Source: Fidelibacterota bacterium (GTDB lineage: Bacteria > Fidelibacterota > Marinisomatia > Marinisomatales > UBA2128). Taken from it: DNA of 27,276 bases. Both the position numbers and the translations under genes were made by a program. The stretch covers positions 1-27,276 of the forward strand of contig JBHHUM010000027.1 in NCBI GenBank assembly GCA_046861645.1, read 5' to 3'. Under the pieces are notes generated by a model. That model did not search any database and was not told the DNA's origin. It worked only from the letters and a program-made list of their open reading frames with translations. Position 1 is the stretch's first letter. Each line of letters starts with the position of its first letter. Shown here piece after piece: positions 8,710 to 18,353 of the stretch.

Positions 8710-9113
8710 TCGTTCACCCAATGTTTTTCGAGGGCTTTTAGAAAAGAAGCCGGTGGGCGGACTGGCTTTCCAGAATGATTCACAAAAGTATGAATTGTAT
8801 ACCCTAACGCTACAATGTCTTCTCCTTTTAGTACTTCGTACTCAACTTTAAGAGTAGATCGAGGTTTACTACTCAGAATTGTCTTGATGGTCAGTTCATC
8901 TTCAAACTCGGCAGGATTTTTATACTCACAATGACTTTCAATCACTGGCAGAAAATATCCTGCTTTCTCTATTTCACTATAAGGAAGTCCTAATTCCCTT
9001 AGCAGGTGAGATCGGGCCGCTTCAAAATATTCATAGAAGCGACCATAATAAACACGACCCATCATATCAGTATCGGCGTAGATGACGCGGTTAATATAAT
9101 TAACGGAGATCAT
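8706..9113 (-). CDS. Acyl-CoA thioesterase, YbgC/FadM (4HBT hotdog) family
   Basis: RVIYADTDMMGRVYYGRFYEYFEAAR motif. Start placed at ATG 9113 (ATGA overlap with the accA stop). Confidence 0.88.
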   Translation of the reverse strand: MISVNYINRVIYADTDMMGRVYYGRFYEYFEAARSHLLRELGLPYSEIEKAGYFLPVIESHCEYKNPAEFEDELTIKTILSSKPRSTLKVEYEVLKGEDIVALGYTIHTFVNHSGKPVRPPASFLKALEKHWVNE

Positions 9114-10072
9114 GACGATTCTTGCCAATGACCGATCTGAAAGTACTTTTGATGGCGTCGCTCAATGAGAACCTCAGGACTAAAATCTGATAATGTTTCC
9201 AACTCTTCCAGTATTACACTTTTTACCGATTTCACTACTGCTTCCCTGTTTCTATGTGCTCCTCCCAGAGGTTCTTCGATGATCCGGTCACACACCCCAA
9301 GTTCTTTTAAATCATAAGCGGTCACTTTCAAAGCTTCTGCTGCTTCATCTGCTTTGCCAGTATCTCGCCACAATATGGAAGCACACCCCTCGGGACTAAT
9401 CACAGAAAACCAGGTATTTTCCAGCATTACAAGACGATCACCAATTCCAATACCTAACGCACCTCCACTTGCTCCTTCTCCAATTACGATAACAAGAATA
9501 GGTACCGGAAGCATAGTCATTTCCAGGAGGTTCCTGGCTATAGCTTCTGCCTGTCCTCGTTCTTCTGCACCTAATCCCGGATAGGCACCGGGAGTATCCA
9601 AAAGACAGATAATTGGACGCTTATATTTAGCTGACATTTTCATGATTCTCAGTGCCTTCCGGTAGCCCTCAGGTTTGGACATACCAAAATTCCTGTAAAG
9701 GTTCTCCTTCGTGTTTTTACCTTTTTGCTGTCCAATATAGGTCACATGTAAACCCTCAATAGTGCCTATTCCAGTAACCAGGGATTTATCATCAGCAAAG
9801 TTACGGTCTCCATGTAATTCCAGAAAATCGGGAGACATTCTGAGAATATAATCTAGTGAATAGGGCCGTCGGGGATGACGAGCCAATTGTACTCTCTGCC
9901 AGCGAGATAAATTAGTATATATCTGTTTGATCAGCTCTTGTCGCTTATCATACAAATGCTGAATATCTGAGCTTAAATCTCTTTTACCTACAATACTTTG
10001 CGAACGCAACGCCTCAATTTTCTCATCAAGCTCTACGATCGGCTTTTCAAAATCTAAGTAGTATTCAGCCAT
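9110..10072 (-). CDS. accA: Acetyl-CoA carboxylase carboxyltransferase subunit alpha
   Basis: YLDFEKPI, VQLARHPRRP, ELHGDR, NFGMxxPEGYRKALR, DTPGAYPG..AEERGQ, SVISPEGCASILW, EPLGGAHR. Confidence 0.97.
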   Translation of the reverse strand: MAEYYLDFEKPIVELDEKIEALRSQSIVGKRDLSSDIQHLYDKRQELIKQIYTNLSRWQRVQLARHPRRPYSLDYILRMSPDFLELHGDRNFADDKSLVTGIGTIEGLHVTYIGQQKGKNTKENLYRNFGMSKPEGYRKALRIMKMSAKYKRPIICLLDTPGAYPGLGAEERGQAEAIARNLLEMTMLPVPILVIVIGEGASGGALGIGIGDRLVMLENTWFSVISPEGCASILWRDTGKADEAAEALKVTAYDLKELGVCDRIIEEPLGGAHRNREAVVKSVKSVILEELETLSDFSPEVLIERRHQKYFQIGHWQESS

Positions 10073-11146
10073 TTACTCTTTTATCTCAGAAATGGGTGCT
10101 TGATAATAATTTTCCAGGTATAAGAAAATGAATAAACCTGCCAGGAGAACTATCAGGAATATAACATTCGCAATTACATAGTTAAGATTAAGACAAAGAT
10201 ATCCAACCAGGCTCAATATCAGCGAAGAGCCATGCATCAGTAAAACAGACCTTTCAATGGGTATCCCTAGAGCCGCTAACCGGTGGTAGGTATGATCCCT
10301 GGAAGCTTTATGTATTTTCTCGCCCCTTCTCATCCTGGAAATGAGGACTAAAAATAGGTCGAAGAGGGGAATAGCAAAAATCAAAATTGGGACGAACCAT
10401 GATGAAGATTGGTTCCCACCAACAGGAGTATAAAGGATAGCAATAGCTCCCAATAAAAATCCAATGGTCTGTGCACCCGAATCACCTAAAAAGAGACGGG
10501 CGGGATGTGAATTGAAGAAATAGATTCCAGCTATAGCACCCAATAAAATGGCACAGAAATGGACCAATTCCATCTGTGAAACACTCAAAGTAATTACCAG
10601 AAAGAATAGCGTCGCTAGAGATCCCAGTCCAGCGGCAAGACCATCCATGCTATCTATGAGGTTAAAAGCGTTGGTTAAGACAATCATCCAAACCAGCGTA
10701 GTTAGTATGTTTAGTCCTTCTCCTAAAATAGTCTGACTTCCCAGGATAAATTCCGGTGATGTAAATATCCTCACTTTGACATCCAAAAAGACAAGTAATA
10801 ATGCAGCAAGAAGTTGCCCTAAAAGTTTCCAACCCACAGGTAAATGATGATAATCATCCCATAAACCAAATGTCAAAATAATCCAGGAAGCTGCCAACAA
10901 GCTCATGATGTCGCTATCGATCTTTCCCGGGGCAAAGAAAAGTATTCCTGATAAAGTTAGAACCAATACCAACCCACCTGTAAGGGGCATGGGTTTTTGG
11001 TGAAGTTTGTGGTCGGCACTACCAGGAAAATCAATGAGTTTCAGTTTAGGTGCTACCCTGATACTGACATAAGCCAATAGCAACGATAATACGAGAGAAC
11101 CAAGAATAATCCTGAATATATCGGTAATCTGGATGTTGGTGATCAA
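10073..11146 (-). CDS. MraY-family undecaprenyl-phosphate GlcNAc-1-phosphate transferase (WecA/TagO-like)
   Basis: PLTGG, GLWDD, NAFNLIDSMDGLA, ARLFLGDSG, DHTYHRL, about 11 TM helices. TTG start 1 nt after the upstream stop. Confidence 0.88.
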   Translation of the reverse strand: MITNIQITDIFRIILGSLVLSLLLAYVSIRVAPKLKLIDFPGSADHKLHQKPMPLTGGLVLVLTLSGILFFAPGKIDSDIMSLLAASWIILTFGLWDDYHHLPVGWKLLGQLLAALLLVFLDVKVRIFTSPEFILGSQTILGEGLNILTTLVWMIVLTNAFNLIDSMDGLAAGLGSLATLFFLVITLSVSQMELVHFCAILLGAIAGIYFFNSHPARLFLGDSGAQTIGFLLGAIAILYTPVGGNQSSSWFVPILIFAIPLFDLFLVLISRMRRGEKIHKASRDHTYHRLAALGIPIERSVLLMHGSSLILSLVGYLCLNLNYVIANVIFLIVLLAGLFIFLYLENYYQAPISEIKE

Positions 11147-11147
11147 A

Positions 11148-12029
11148 TCAACTCCTGAGGGTCTCTCGGAAAACTGTCACCATGAGTTTACCCAGCATTA
11201 GCGAATAGAAAAAGACGTTAAATAATGGGAAATAGTCTTCAGCAAAGTGCTTCTTGTACAACCGGTAATAAGATCGATGCCATTCAAAGATTGATCGATA
11301 TCTTTGAACTGCTGATCCCCCACGACCAGCATGATGAATTACTTGAGCTTCGGGAACATAATAAACTTTCCATCCAGCAGTTTTTGCTCGGAAACAATAA
11401 TCAGAATCTTCCTGATAGGCGAAAAATCGTTCATCAAAAAGTCCAATTTCTTCAACCACTTCACGACGAATCATCAAGCACGATCCGGAAACCCCATCGA
11501 CAGCACAGGTACGATCTTTATCGAGATAAGACAGATGATATCCTGAAAATTTACTATTCTTTGGAAAATAGGTAGCTAATCCCGAAAAATAACTGATTAC
11601 ATTCCACGGCCGTGCCACTCCCCGACGACAAGATTGCTGAAATGTTAAATCCTCATTTAAAACTTTTGGCCCGCAGATACCAACATCAGGATGTAAATCA
11701 AGAAAACGAGCCAATAAAGCTATGGAGTTTGTTCGGACAAAAGCATCAGGATTAAGAACGAGGTAATAGTCTCCCGTAGCCTGCTGCAAAGCCTGGTTAA
11801 TGGGACCTGTATAACCTTCATTCCGGGAATTCGTGAGTAGGTGGACTGAAGAGTGTCTATCTTTTATCATATTAATGGTATCATCCTGGGAACGATTATC
11901 TACAACAATAATCTGATTGATAGTTACTCCTCGAGATTTTTCTAAAGAGTTCAGGCAACGGTCAAGTAGTCTGGAAGCATTAAGCGTAACGATACAAACG
12001 GAAACTTTCTTGTTCGATAATTCAGATAT
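11148..12029 (-). CDS. Glycosyltransferase family 2 (WbbL-like); the true N-terminus extends upstream of the ORF-track start, probably to ATA 12029
   Basis: The frame is open upstream of ATG 11870 and encodes KVSVCIVTLN...CLNSL...IIVVDNRSQDDT, the canonical GT2 N-terminus. Downstream are NEGY..INQ, LNPD, SGSCLMIRR and FDERFFAYQEDSDYC. Confidence 0.8.
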   Translation of the reverse strand: MSELSNKKVSVCIVTLNASRLLDRCLNSLEKSRGVTINQIIVVDNRSQDDTINMIKDRHSSVHLLTNSRNEGYTGPINQALQQATGDYYLVLNPDAFVRTNSIALLARFLDLHPDVGICGPKVLNEDLTFQQSCRRGVARPWNVISYFSGLATYFPKNSKFSGYHLSYLDKDRTCAVDGVSGSCLMIRREVVEEIGLFDERFFAYQEDSDYCFRAKTAGWKVYYVPEAQVIHHAGRGGSAVQRYRSIFEWHRSYYRLYKKHFAEDYFPLFNVFFYSLMLGKLMVTVFRETLRS

Positions 12030-12053
12030 GACTGCACCCCCGCTCCAAGGAAA

Positions 12054-12770
12054 TTACTTGTTCCACCCAAAGATTCTCCAGAGACGTAATCTCCACACCA
12101 TCAGGATGGCTTCCAGCATGATGGATCTACTCATTTTAGATTCACCTACGGTTCGATCAATAAAGATGATGGGAATTTCCTGTACTCGAAATCCCTTACG
12201 CCAAGCACGAAAAGTCATCTCGATCTGAAACGAATAACCTTCTGACTTAACTTTTCCCAAATCGATTGCTGCTAAGACTTCACGTCGCCAACATTTGAAC
12301 CCACCAGTAGCATCACGAACAGGCATTCCGGTGATAATCCTTGAATATAAATTGGCACCATAGCTGAGCATCAAACGACTGATAGGCCAATTGACCACAC
12401 TGACACCGTTAGAATAGCGACTACCAATGACCAGGTCCGCATTTCCTATGCTTCCTATCAATCGTGGAACATCCTCGGGATCGTGGGACATATCTGCGTC
12501 CATCTGTACAATAATTTCATAATCTCTTTCCAGAGCCCAATTAAATCCTGCACAATACGCCTTACCAAGTCCTTCTTTCTCTGGTCTTCGAAGCAGATGT
12601 AGATGAGAATAAAAACTCCGCAAGGAATCGATGTAATCTCCTGTACCATCGGGAGAATTGTCATCTACGACGAGAATATGGAAATTGTTGTCTATTTCGT
12701 GGAGACGTTTGATCAAAATACCTACATTTTTACGTTCATTATAAGTAGGTGTAATAATGAGCGTTTTCAT
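12054..12770 (-). CDS. Polyprenol monophosphomannose synthase (DPM1/Ppm1-like GT2)
   Basis: IITPTYNE, VVDDNSPDGT, GLGKAY, QMDADMSHDP, DATGGFKCWRR, GYSFQIEM, DRTVGESKMS. Confidence 0.92.
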   Translation of the reverse strand: MKTLIITPTYNERKNVGILIKRLHEIDNNFHILVVDDNSPDGTGDYIDSLRSFYSHLHLLRRPEKEGLGKAYCAGFNWALERDYEIIVQMDADMSHDPEDVPRLIGSIGNADLVIGSRYSNGVSVVNWPISRLMLSYGANLYSRIITGMPVRDATGGFKCWRREVLAAIDLGKVKSEGYSFQIEMTFRAWRKGFRVQEIPIIFIDRTVGESKMSRSIMLEAILMVWRLRLWRIFGWNK

Positions 12771-13657
12771 GCGTTTACACCCTCTTTAACCTTGCGCAGG
12801 CAATACCCCAATTTATAGGTCCTGACCCCGATTGTTTCTTCAATTTTTTCAGTTATCAACCCTCCTTTTAACGGTCTCATGGCATCCTGTTTCAAATCAA
12901 GGGTTGAAATTTTCTTGATTAAAGAAGTATCAAGATCAAATACATCGGCTATTTTTAGTGCAAACTGATACCGGGACAAATAATCTGCTCCCCCATAATG
13001 AAAAAGTCCTTCACTATTCATTACTATGAGTAGTTTTATGGCTTCAGCCAGGGCACCTGTCCAGGTAGGATTTCCCATTTGATCATCGACCACCCTGATT
13101 TCTTTTCCTACCGAGAGGGATTCATTCACCCAGCGGACAAAACTTGCCGAAGATTCTCCAGCTCCGTAGAGCACATTAGTTCTGAGAATTACCCAAGGAT
13201 TCCGTCCACCCCGGATAGCATTTTCAGCGGCTAATTTTGTTTTACCATAATAGTTAATGGGTGAAGGTTTGGCATCTTCGCGATAAGGACCTTGGGTCCC
13301 ATCAAACAGATAATCGGTCGATAAAAAGATGATGCGGGTATCATTAGCAGCAATGGACTCCAATAAATGCTCTGTCCCTTTTACATTAATCTGCCAGGCC
13401 TCCTCTCTCTTGCGTTCGCATCCATCGACATCAGTCATGGCGGCAAGATGGATCAACACATCTGGTTCATATTTACTAACCACCTGCTGAACAATAGTTT
13501 TATTTCTAATATCCATTTCAACTACGGGACAGGTGGTAAGGGTCTCAGCAGGGATATGTCGAGCTGTGGATAGGATTTCGAAGTACTGTTGCAATTCTTC
13601 TACTGCACTTCGACCTAATTGTCCCGTCGCTCCGGTAATCAGTATCCTTTTGTTCAT
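12767..13657 (-). CDS. rfbD: dTDP-4-dehydrorhamnose reductase
   Basis: ILITGATGQLG, AAMTDVDGCE, STDYLFDG, YGKTKLAAE (YxxxK), DDQMGNPT. Start is ATG 13657 or GTG 13660. Confidence 0.88.
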   Translation of the reverse strand: MNKRILITGATGQLGRSAVEELQQYFEILSTARHIPAETLTTCPVVEMDIRNKTIVQQVVSKYEPDVLIHLAAMTDVDGCERKREEAWQINVKGTEHLLESIAANDTRIIFLSTDYLFDGTQGPYREDAKPSPINYYGKTKLAAENAIRGGRNPWVILRTNVLYGAGESSASFVRWVNESLSVGKEIRVVDDQMGNPTWTGALAEAIKLLIVMNSEGLFHYGGADYLSRYQFALKIADVFDLDTSLIKKISTLDLKQDAMRPLKGGLITEKIEETIGVRTYKLGYCLRKVKEGVNA

Positions 13658-13708
13658 CACTTGTCAGCACATTATCTCTGATTCACTCCTCAATTTATAA
13701 AGGAGCTA

Positions 13709-14896
13709 TCAGAACTCCGACTTTTTCGCCTTATCTAATTTATTTTGAGTAAGGCGTTTTTGTCGTTTCCAGGTAGAACGAAGGGATAACAAAACCAGGA
13801 TCAATATTATACTACTAGCAATGAGTACTTTCCTGGTAAGTGATACCTGGGTAGGTTTATGATAATCCACTGTGAAGGTTCGAGCCATAGCTTCCATTTC
13901 CCGGAGAAAAGCCAACTTTTTTCCACCAGGATTAAAAAGCAGCATGTTCATGTGGTAAATCTGGTTTGTAATATTATCGTAGAAGATATAGGAAATAAAT
14001 GGCCCCCCTTTTGTAACGGTTTCCGATTTAGCCTCCCAACGTCCCTCAACTCGCCACATTTCACGATCATTAACTTTGATTTGGCTCAAAACCCAGGGCC
14101 GAGATTTCGTCTCGATAAAGTGGTAAGTATCGAAAAAGCGTTTTGCTAGATTCCGAATAATACTTCTTACGGAGTTTGGTTGTAAGGAAACTTCATCTTT
14201 ATTCTCAACCCAATGAACGGAAAACCACCGCAGAGGATAATCCCGACCAAGTTTGATAAAATTTGCTAAACGATCCTCTTCAATAATTAAAAAATCGTGG
14301 GGGACTCGTACCGTCCACCCATAATGATTAAATATCTCCAAAGTTTTATCTGTCAGCTCATTGATATCGTAGAGATGATCGGCTATCCGTTCAAGATATC
14401 GGGCATCAAATTGATCAAACAACCAGTTCCCTTTCAATTTAGGATCTGAACGTAATTCATTAATGTTATTCCCCTTTATTATTGTTACTACCTGACCAAC
14501 AGCAAAAAGATCATCCATCACCCAAACCTGATCATCACCCAGATAAGTACCTAAATTACCTTTGGAAATTAGTTGGTTTAACAAGCGATCTCCATCATCA
14601 TCCACTCCTCCAGTGATGGCAAATAAGATAATATTATGTCTGCTTTTCAACTGTTCAAACTGAGAAGGATCTCTATATTTGATTAGGTAATATAACTCCT
14701 GTTTCACGTCGATAGATACACGAGAAAGAATTTTATCCAGTAATTCTTTGGCTGCATCCAGATCGTTTTGGGCAACAAAAACCTGGATTTCATTTTCAGG
14801 ACCATTAGCCCTGGGTAGATAATCTGCACAACCAGTAAAAAGCATCGTGACCCCTGAAGTTATGAGCATAAATATCACTTTTGAGGGACAAATCAT
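13709..14896 (-). CDS. DUF4837-like lipoprotein with an extra C-terminal transmembrane helix
   Basis: Lipobox-like LFTG-C. C-terminal GRWE...GGPFISY...FNPG..K...LREMEAMARTF resembles DUF4837 (family call from motif recall). Hydrophobic tail VLIASSIILILVLLSL followed by basic residues. Confidence 0.65.
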   Translation of the reverse strand: MICPSKVIFMLITSGVTMLFTGCADYLPRANGPENEIQVFVAQNDLDAAKELLDKILSRVSIDVKQELYYLIKYRDPSQFEQLKSRHNIILFAITGGVDDDGDRLLNQLISKGNLGTYLGDDQVWVMDDLFAVGQVVTIIKGNNINELRSDPKLKGNWLFDQFDARYLERIADHLYDINELTDKTLEIFNHYGWTVRVPHDFLIIEEDRLANFIKLGRDYPLRWFSVHWVENKDEVSLQPNSVRSIIRNLAKRFFDTYHFIETKSRPWVLSQIKVNDREMWRVEGRWEAKSETVTKGGPFISYIFYDNITNQIYHMNMLLFNPGGKKLAFLREMEAMARTFTVDYHKPTQVSLTRKVLIASSIILILVLLSLRSTWKRQKRLTQNKLDKAKKSEF

Positions 14897-16986
14897 TACT
14901 CTATCACCTTAAAAATAGACTGCCGTTTTTCAATTACTACATCCCTGACTATAATGGTCACTTCATCACCCATTCTGTAGCGTCTCCCCGTATTTCTTCC
15001 TGTTAAACTAAAGTCCTGCTCATTGAAATAAAAACGATCCATCATCAGGGAATCTACCTCTACAAATCCTTCTACTAAAGTATCTTTCAGTTCCACAAAA
15101 AAGCCTTTACCGATCACACCGGATATGATCCCATCAAATTTCTTACCTATTCTTTCAGCAAGCCAGCGAATCTGCTTCAAACGTATATAATCTCGCTCAG
15201 CTTGTTGAGTAATTATTTCAGATTCCGTACTCGATTTTGCTATACGAGAGAGTATTTTTTTTGAAGGAAGTTTTTGAGCTCCACTTTTCATACCCAAATA
15301 CTGTTTTATCAACCTGTGTATAACCAAATCAGGATACCTTCTTATAGGTGAAGTAAAGTGGGTATAATAGGCAAACGCCAGACCGTAATGTCCTTTATTC
15401 TCAACACTATAAATTGCCTTAGTCATGGTTCTCAAGGCTATATTTTCGATCAGTGCTCGATAGGGAGAATTTTCTACCTCAGTTAGTATCTTCCTGAATT
15501 CACGGGAAGAAAGTTCTTTAGGTCGAGATCTAATAAGATTCAGACGCTTCAACAGTTCCACAAACCGCTCCATATCTTCTTGTAAAGGTTTTTCGTGAAT
15601 CCTGTATATGAAAGGTAATTGTTCGGCATGGATTGATGGAATCTTTTCTGCAATGACCCTATTAGCAAGTAGCATAAATTCTTCCACTAATCTATGACTG
15701 GCAAACCTTTCCCGATGTTGAATCTCATGGGGGATACCTCCTTCACGTAAATAAAAAATAGGTTCAGGTATATCAAAATCAATACTACCGGCATCCTGCC
15801 TTTGCTTCTGAAGTAGTTGAGATACTTTTTGCATAGCCTGGAGTTTATTAGAATACTTGTGATTCTGTTGACCATTGAGTATTGCTTGGACTTCCCTATA
15901 GGTAAAACGCTTTTTGTTACGAATTACTGAAGAATGGAACTCCCAATCTGACACTTCACCATTTTTATCGAGGGTAACAAATATCGAGGATGCCAGACGA
16001 TCTTTATGAGGCTGTAAAGAGCAAAGGCCAGCAGATAGATTCTGAGGAATCATATGTACGACTCCTTCGGCAAAATATACTGATGTTCCCCGGTTTCGTG
16101 CTTCACGGTCTAAAGCCGTTCCAGGCCGCACATAATGACTTACATCCGCTATGTGAACCCCCACTGTAACCGTTCCATTTTTATTTTCATCAAGGGAGAT
16201 GGCGTCGTCAAAATCTTTCGCTTCTTCAGGATCAATAGTAAAACAGAGTAGCTGACGAAGATCCTTTCTCTTAGGAATTTCAGCAATAATTTCCTTCTCG
16301 GAGAAATTTTCAGCTTCCTTTCTAACTTCAGCAGGAAAATCTGGATCAAGATCAAACGAGCTGCAAACTATTTTCATATCATCCTGAGGATTATGAGTAG
16401 AACCTACTATCTGCTCCAGTTCCACATGGATAGCTCCCCGGCCTCGACCCCAGTCACGAACCACAGTAATAACAGCATCACCTGCTTTGACTTTCCTGGA
16501 GTTGTTACCTACTATTCTGATTCCTCGTTTCGGTGTAGCAGGCTCAATATTTAAATAGGGTTCTCTGTTCATAAAAACAACAGTACCCACAAAACGATTT
16601 GTTCTTCGCTTGAGAATTTTGACCACTTTCCCACGAGGACCACGAGAATAATCTACAGGGAGTAGAGCGACTTCGACAGTATCGCCATGAATCGCACCAC
16701 CTAAATCACGCACATTAATGAAGACATCATCATCATTTTCAATGAGAAGAAAACCAAAACCCCGTTGAGTCAGTTCTAATTTCCCCCTCATTTTCGTTAA
16801 ACCACCACTCCAGCAATAGCCTTTTCTCCTGTCGCTTACAATCTTCCCTTCCTGGAGGAGTGCTCTAAATGCTCTTCGAAAAGAAGTTTGTTCATTCTTT
16901 TTTAACCCCAATAGATGTTGAACCTCATGCTTTTTGTAGTACGAGTGAGGGTGTTTTCGAAAGTGTTTTAATATTGTATCTTTCAT
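14896..16986 (-). CDS. rnr: Ribonuclease R
   Basis: Cold-shock domain GFGF...DVFI...AIHGDTV, RNB motifs FTIDPEEAKDFDDA, RGTSVY, HRLVEEFMLLAN, YTHFTSPIRRYPDL, C-terminal S1 domain. ATG 16986 overlaps the upstream TGA. Confidence 0.95.
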   Translation of the reverse strand: MKDTILKHFRKHPHSYYKKHEVQHLLGLKKNEQTSFRRAFRALLQEGKIVSDRRKGYCWSGGLTKMRGKLELTQRGFGFLLIENDDDVFINVRDLGGAIHGDTVEVALLPVDYSRGPRGKVVKILKRRTNRFVGTVVFMNREPYLNIEPATPKRGIRIVGNNSRKVKAGDAVITVVRDWGRGRGAIHVELEQIVGSTHNPQDDMKIVCSSFDLDPDFPAEVRKEAENFSEKEIIAEIPKRKDLRQLLCFTIDPEEAKDFDDAISLDENKNGTVTVGVHIADVSHYVRPGTALDREARNRGTSVYFAEGVVHMIPQNLSAGLCSLQPHKDRLASSIFVTLDKNGEVSDWEFHSSVIRNKKRFTYREVQAILNGQQNHKYSNKLQAMQKVSQLLQKQRQDAGSIDFDIPEPIFYLREGGIPHEIQHRERFASHRLVEEFMLLANRVIAEKIPSIHAEQLPFIYRIHEKPLQEDMERFVELLKRLNLIRSRPKELSSREFRKILTEVENSPYRALIENIALRTMTKAIYSVENKGHYGLAFAYYTHFTSPIRRYPDLVIHRLIKQYLGMKSGAQKLPSKKILSRIAKSSTESEIITQQAERDYIRLKQIRWLAERIGKKFDGIISGVIGKGFFVELKDTLVEGFVEVDSLMMDRFYFNEQDFSLTGRNTGRRYRMGDEVTIIVRDVVIEKRQSIFKVIE

Positions 16987-18353
16987 CAAAATCTATTTAT
17001 CATCCCGATATGAATTTTCCCTTCTGCTGGAATATCATCTTTTCCTAAAGCATAAGCCAATCGCAGAATTCCAAAGGGAGTATTCTGCTGGTAACCAAAC
17101 CCGGCTGAAGCAGGTGTTCTCTTAAGGGCATCATAGGCACTATCGAAAAATGCAAAAAACTGAGTATAAGAACCTACTATATATCGTAGCTCAAATTGTC
17201 CAACAACTACCCAATCTGCTTGAAAAACCTGTTCATCATAACCTCGCAATGTAGAGGCACCTCCATATCTCAGTTTCTCACTTAAGGGTACAATTCCCGA
17301 CGCAAGTCCAAAATAGCCTCCCCAGCCAGCAATGGAAAGTAATAACTCATCTGAAATTGGTTTAAGGAATTCACCCTCACTTTTCAAATCTAAAGAGATA
17401 GTTCTTTCGTTACTATCAGTAAGGTAATCACCTAACCCCAAATTAATTCTTATCCATCGTCCACTGGTAGGGTTATGTCGAGTATTACGGCTATCCTTTT
17501 CGAGTTTAATCGTAAGTGATCGAATACTGTGACCCAACAAACCCAGACTATCACCATCTTCTGTTATTTTTACACTTTCTTCGGTCCCTCCTATAGAAAC
17601 TTTACCCAAAAAAGAATGAGGTAATACTACGGCTATTGCTGTTTCTCTTTGTACGTAAAGTCCATCCTGAAGTATTTGTGAGAAACTGAACGATCCTCCA
17701 ATATTTAATCGCCAAATAATAGGATCTTCATAGCCGAGGGATAATCTCTGGGATTGATTATCCTTGCGATTCCACCAGAATCTGGTTTTAGATGCTGATC
17801 CTAAAGGATTTTCTATTCTTATTTGTACATCTCCAGTGATTTGTCCTTTTTCCTGGGAGGAGGGTTGAACCCCGACTACTGCAATAATACTATGTAAAAA
17901 ATTGGCTTTCACAGGAATGATTGCCGAAAGACCTTTATCCTGTCGGCGAGCATAAAAGGGTTGACCAGCATCTCGTAAAAACGAATAACCAATAATGGAT
18001 TTGTGCAACTTTATCAGCGATGTTTTATTAGCAGGGATGTTAGGTGGAATTTGAGTAAGCTGAGCAATAGTCCGACGATTCAGTTCTTCAACACCAGAAA
18101 GAATGACAGTATCTACTAACAGGGGTTTTCCTGTGACGATGCTCCAACGACTTTGTATACCTTTTTCATTCCGGGATACACTTCTTAAATGAAGTTCGTT
18201 ACTCCATCTACCCTCTTCTTTCAATAATTGCCTTACACTATCCAATGCTAAATGGAATTGATCTTCAGAGACTATCGGAAGAATAAGTTCATCCTCTTGA
18301 GCTAAAGAGAGTGTCAATAACATCAGAAGTATGACGATCTTAAAGTGTAGCAC
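16986..18353 (-). CDS. Omp85 (BamA/TamA-family) outer-membrane protein with a short periplasmic region
   Basis: Signal peptide, RNTRHNPTSG, loop-6 motif YGGASTLRGY, FAFFD, GFGYQQNTPFGILRLAYA, C-terminal IHIGMINRF beta-signal. Confidence 0.8.
   Translation of the reverse strand: MLHFKIVILLMLLTLSLAQEDELILPIVSEDQFHLALDSVRQLLKEEGRWSNELHLRSVSRNEKGIQSRWSIVTGKPLLVDTVILSGVEELNRRTIAQLTQIPPNIPANKTSLIKLHKSIIGYSFLRDAGQPFYARRQDKGLSAIIPVKANFLHSIIAVVGVQPSSQEKGQITGDVQIRIENPLGSASKTRFWWNRKDNQSQRLSLGYEDPIIWRLNIGGSFSFSQILQDGLYVQRETAIAVVLPHSFLGKVSIGGTEESVKITEDGDSLGLLGHSIRSLTIKLEKDSRNTRHNPTSGRWIRINLGLGDYLTDSNERTISLDLKSEGEFLKPISDELLLSIAGWGGYFGLASGIVPLSEKLRYGGASTLRGYDEQVFQADWVVVGQFELRYIVGSYTQFFAFFDSAYDALKRTPASAGFGYQQNTPFGILRLAYALGKDDIPAEGKIHIGMINRF

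Noticed and set aside
13686..13705. CTCCT-N10-AGGAG hairpin between the DUF4837-like gene and rfbD as a terminator or SD-sequestering switch
   Set aside because: Only a 5-7 bp stem with no U-tract, and the GAGGAG is about 25 nt from the rfbD start, too far to act as its SD.
16986..18353. Calling the Omp85 gene bamA
   Set aside because: At 455 aa it is too short for five POTRA domains plus a barrel, and the usual skp/lpxD/rseP neighbours are absent.
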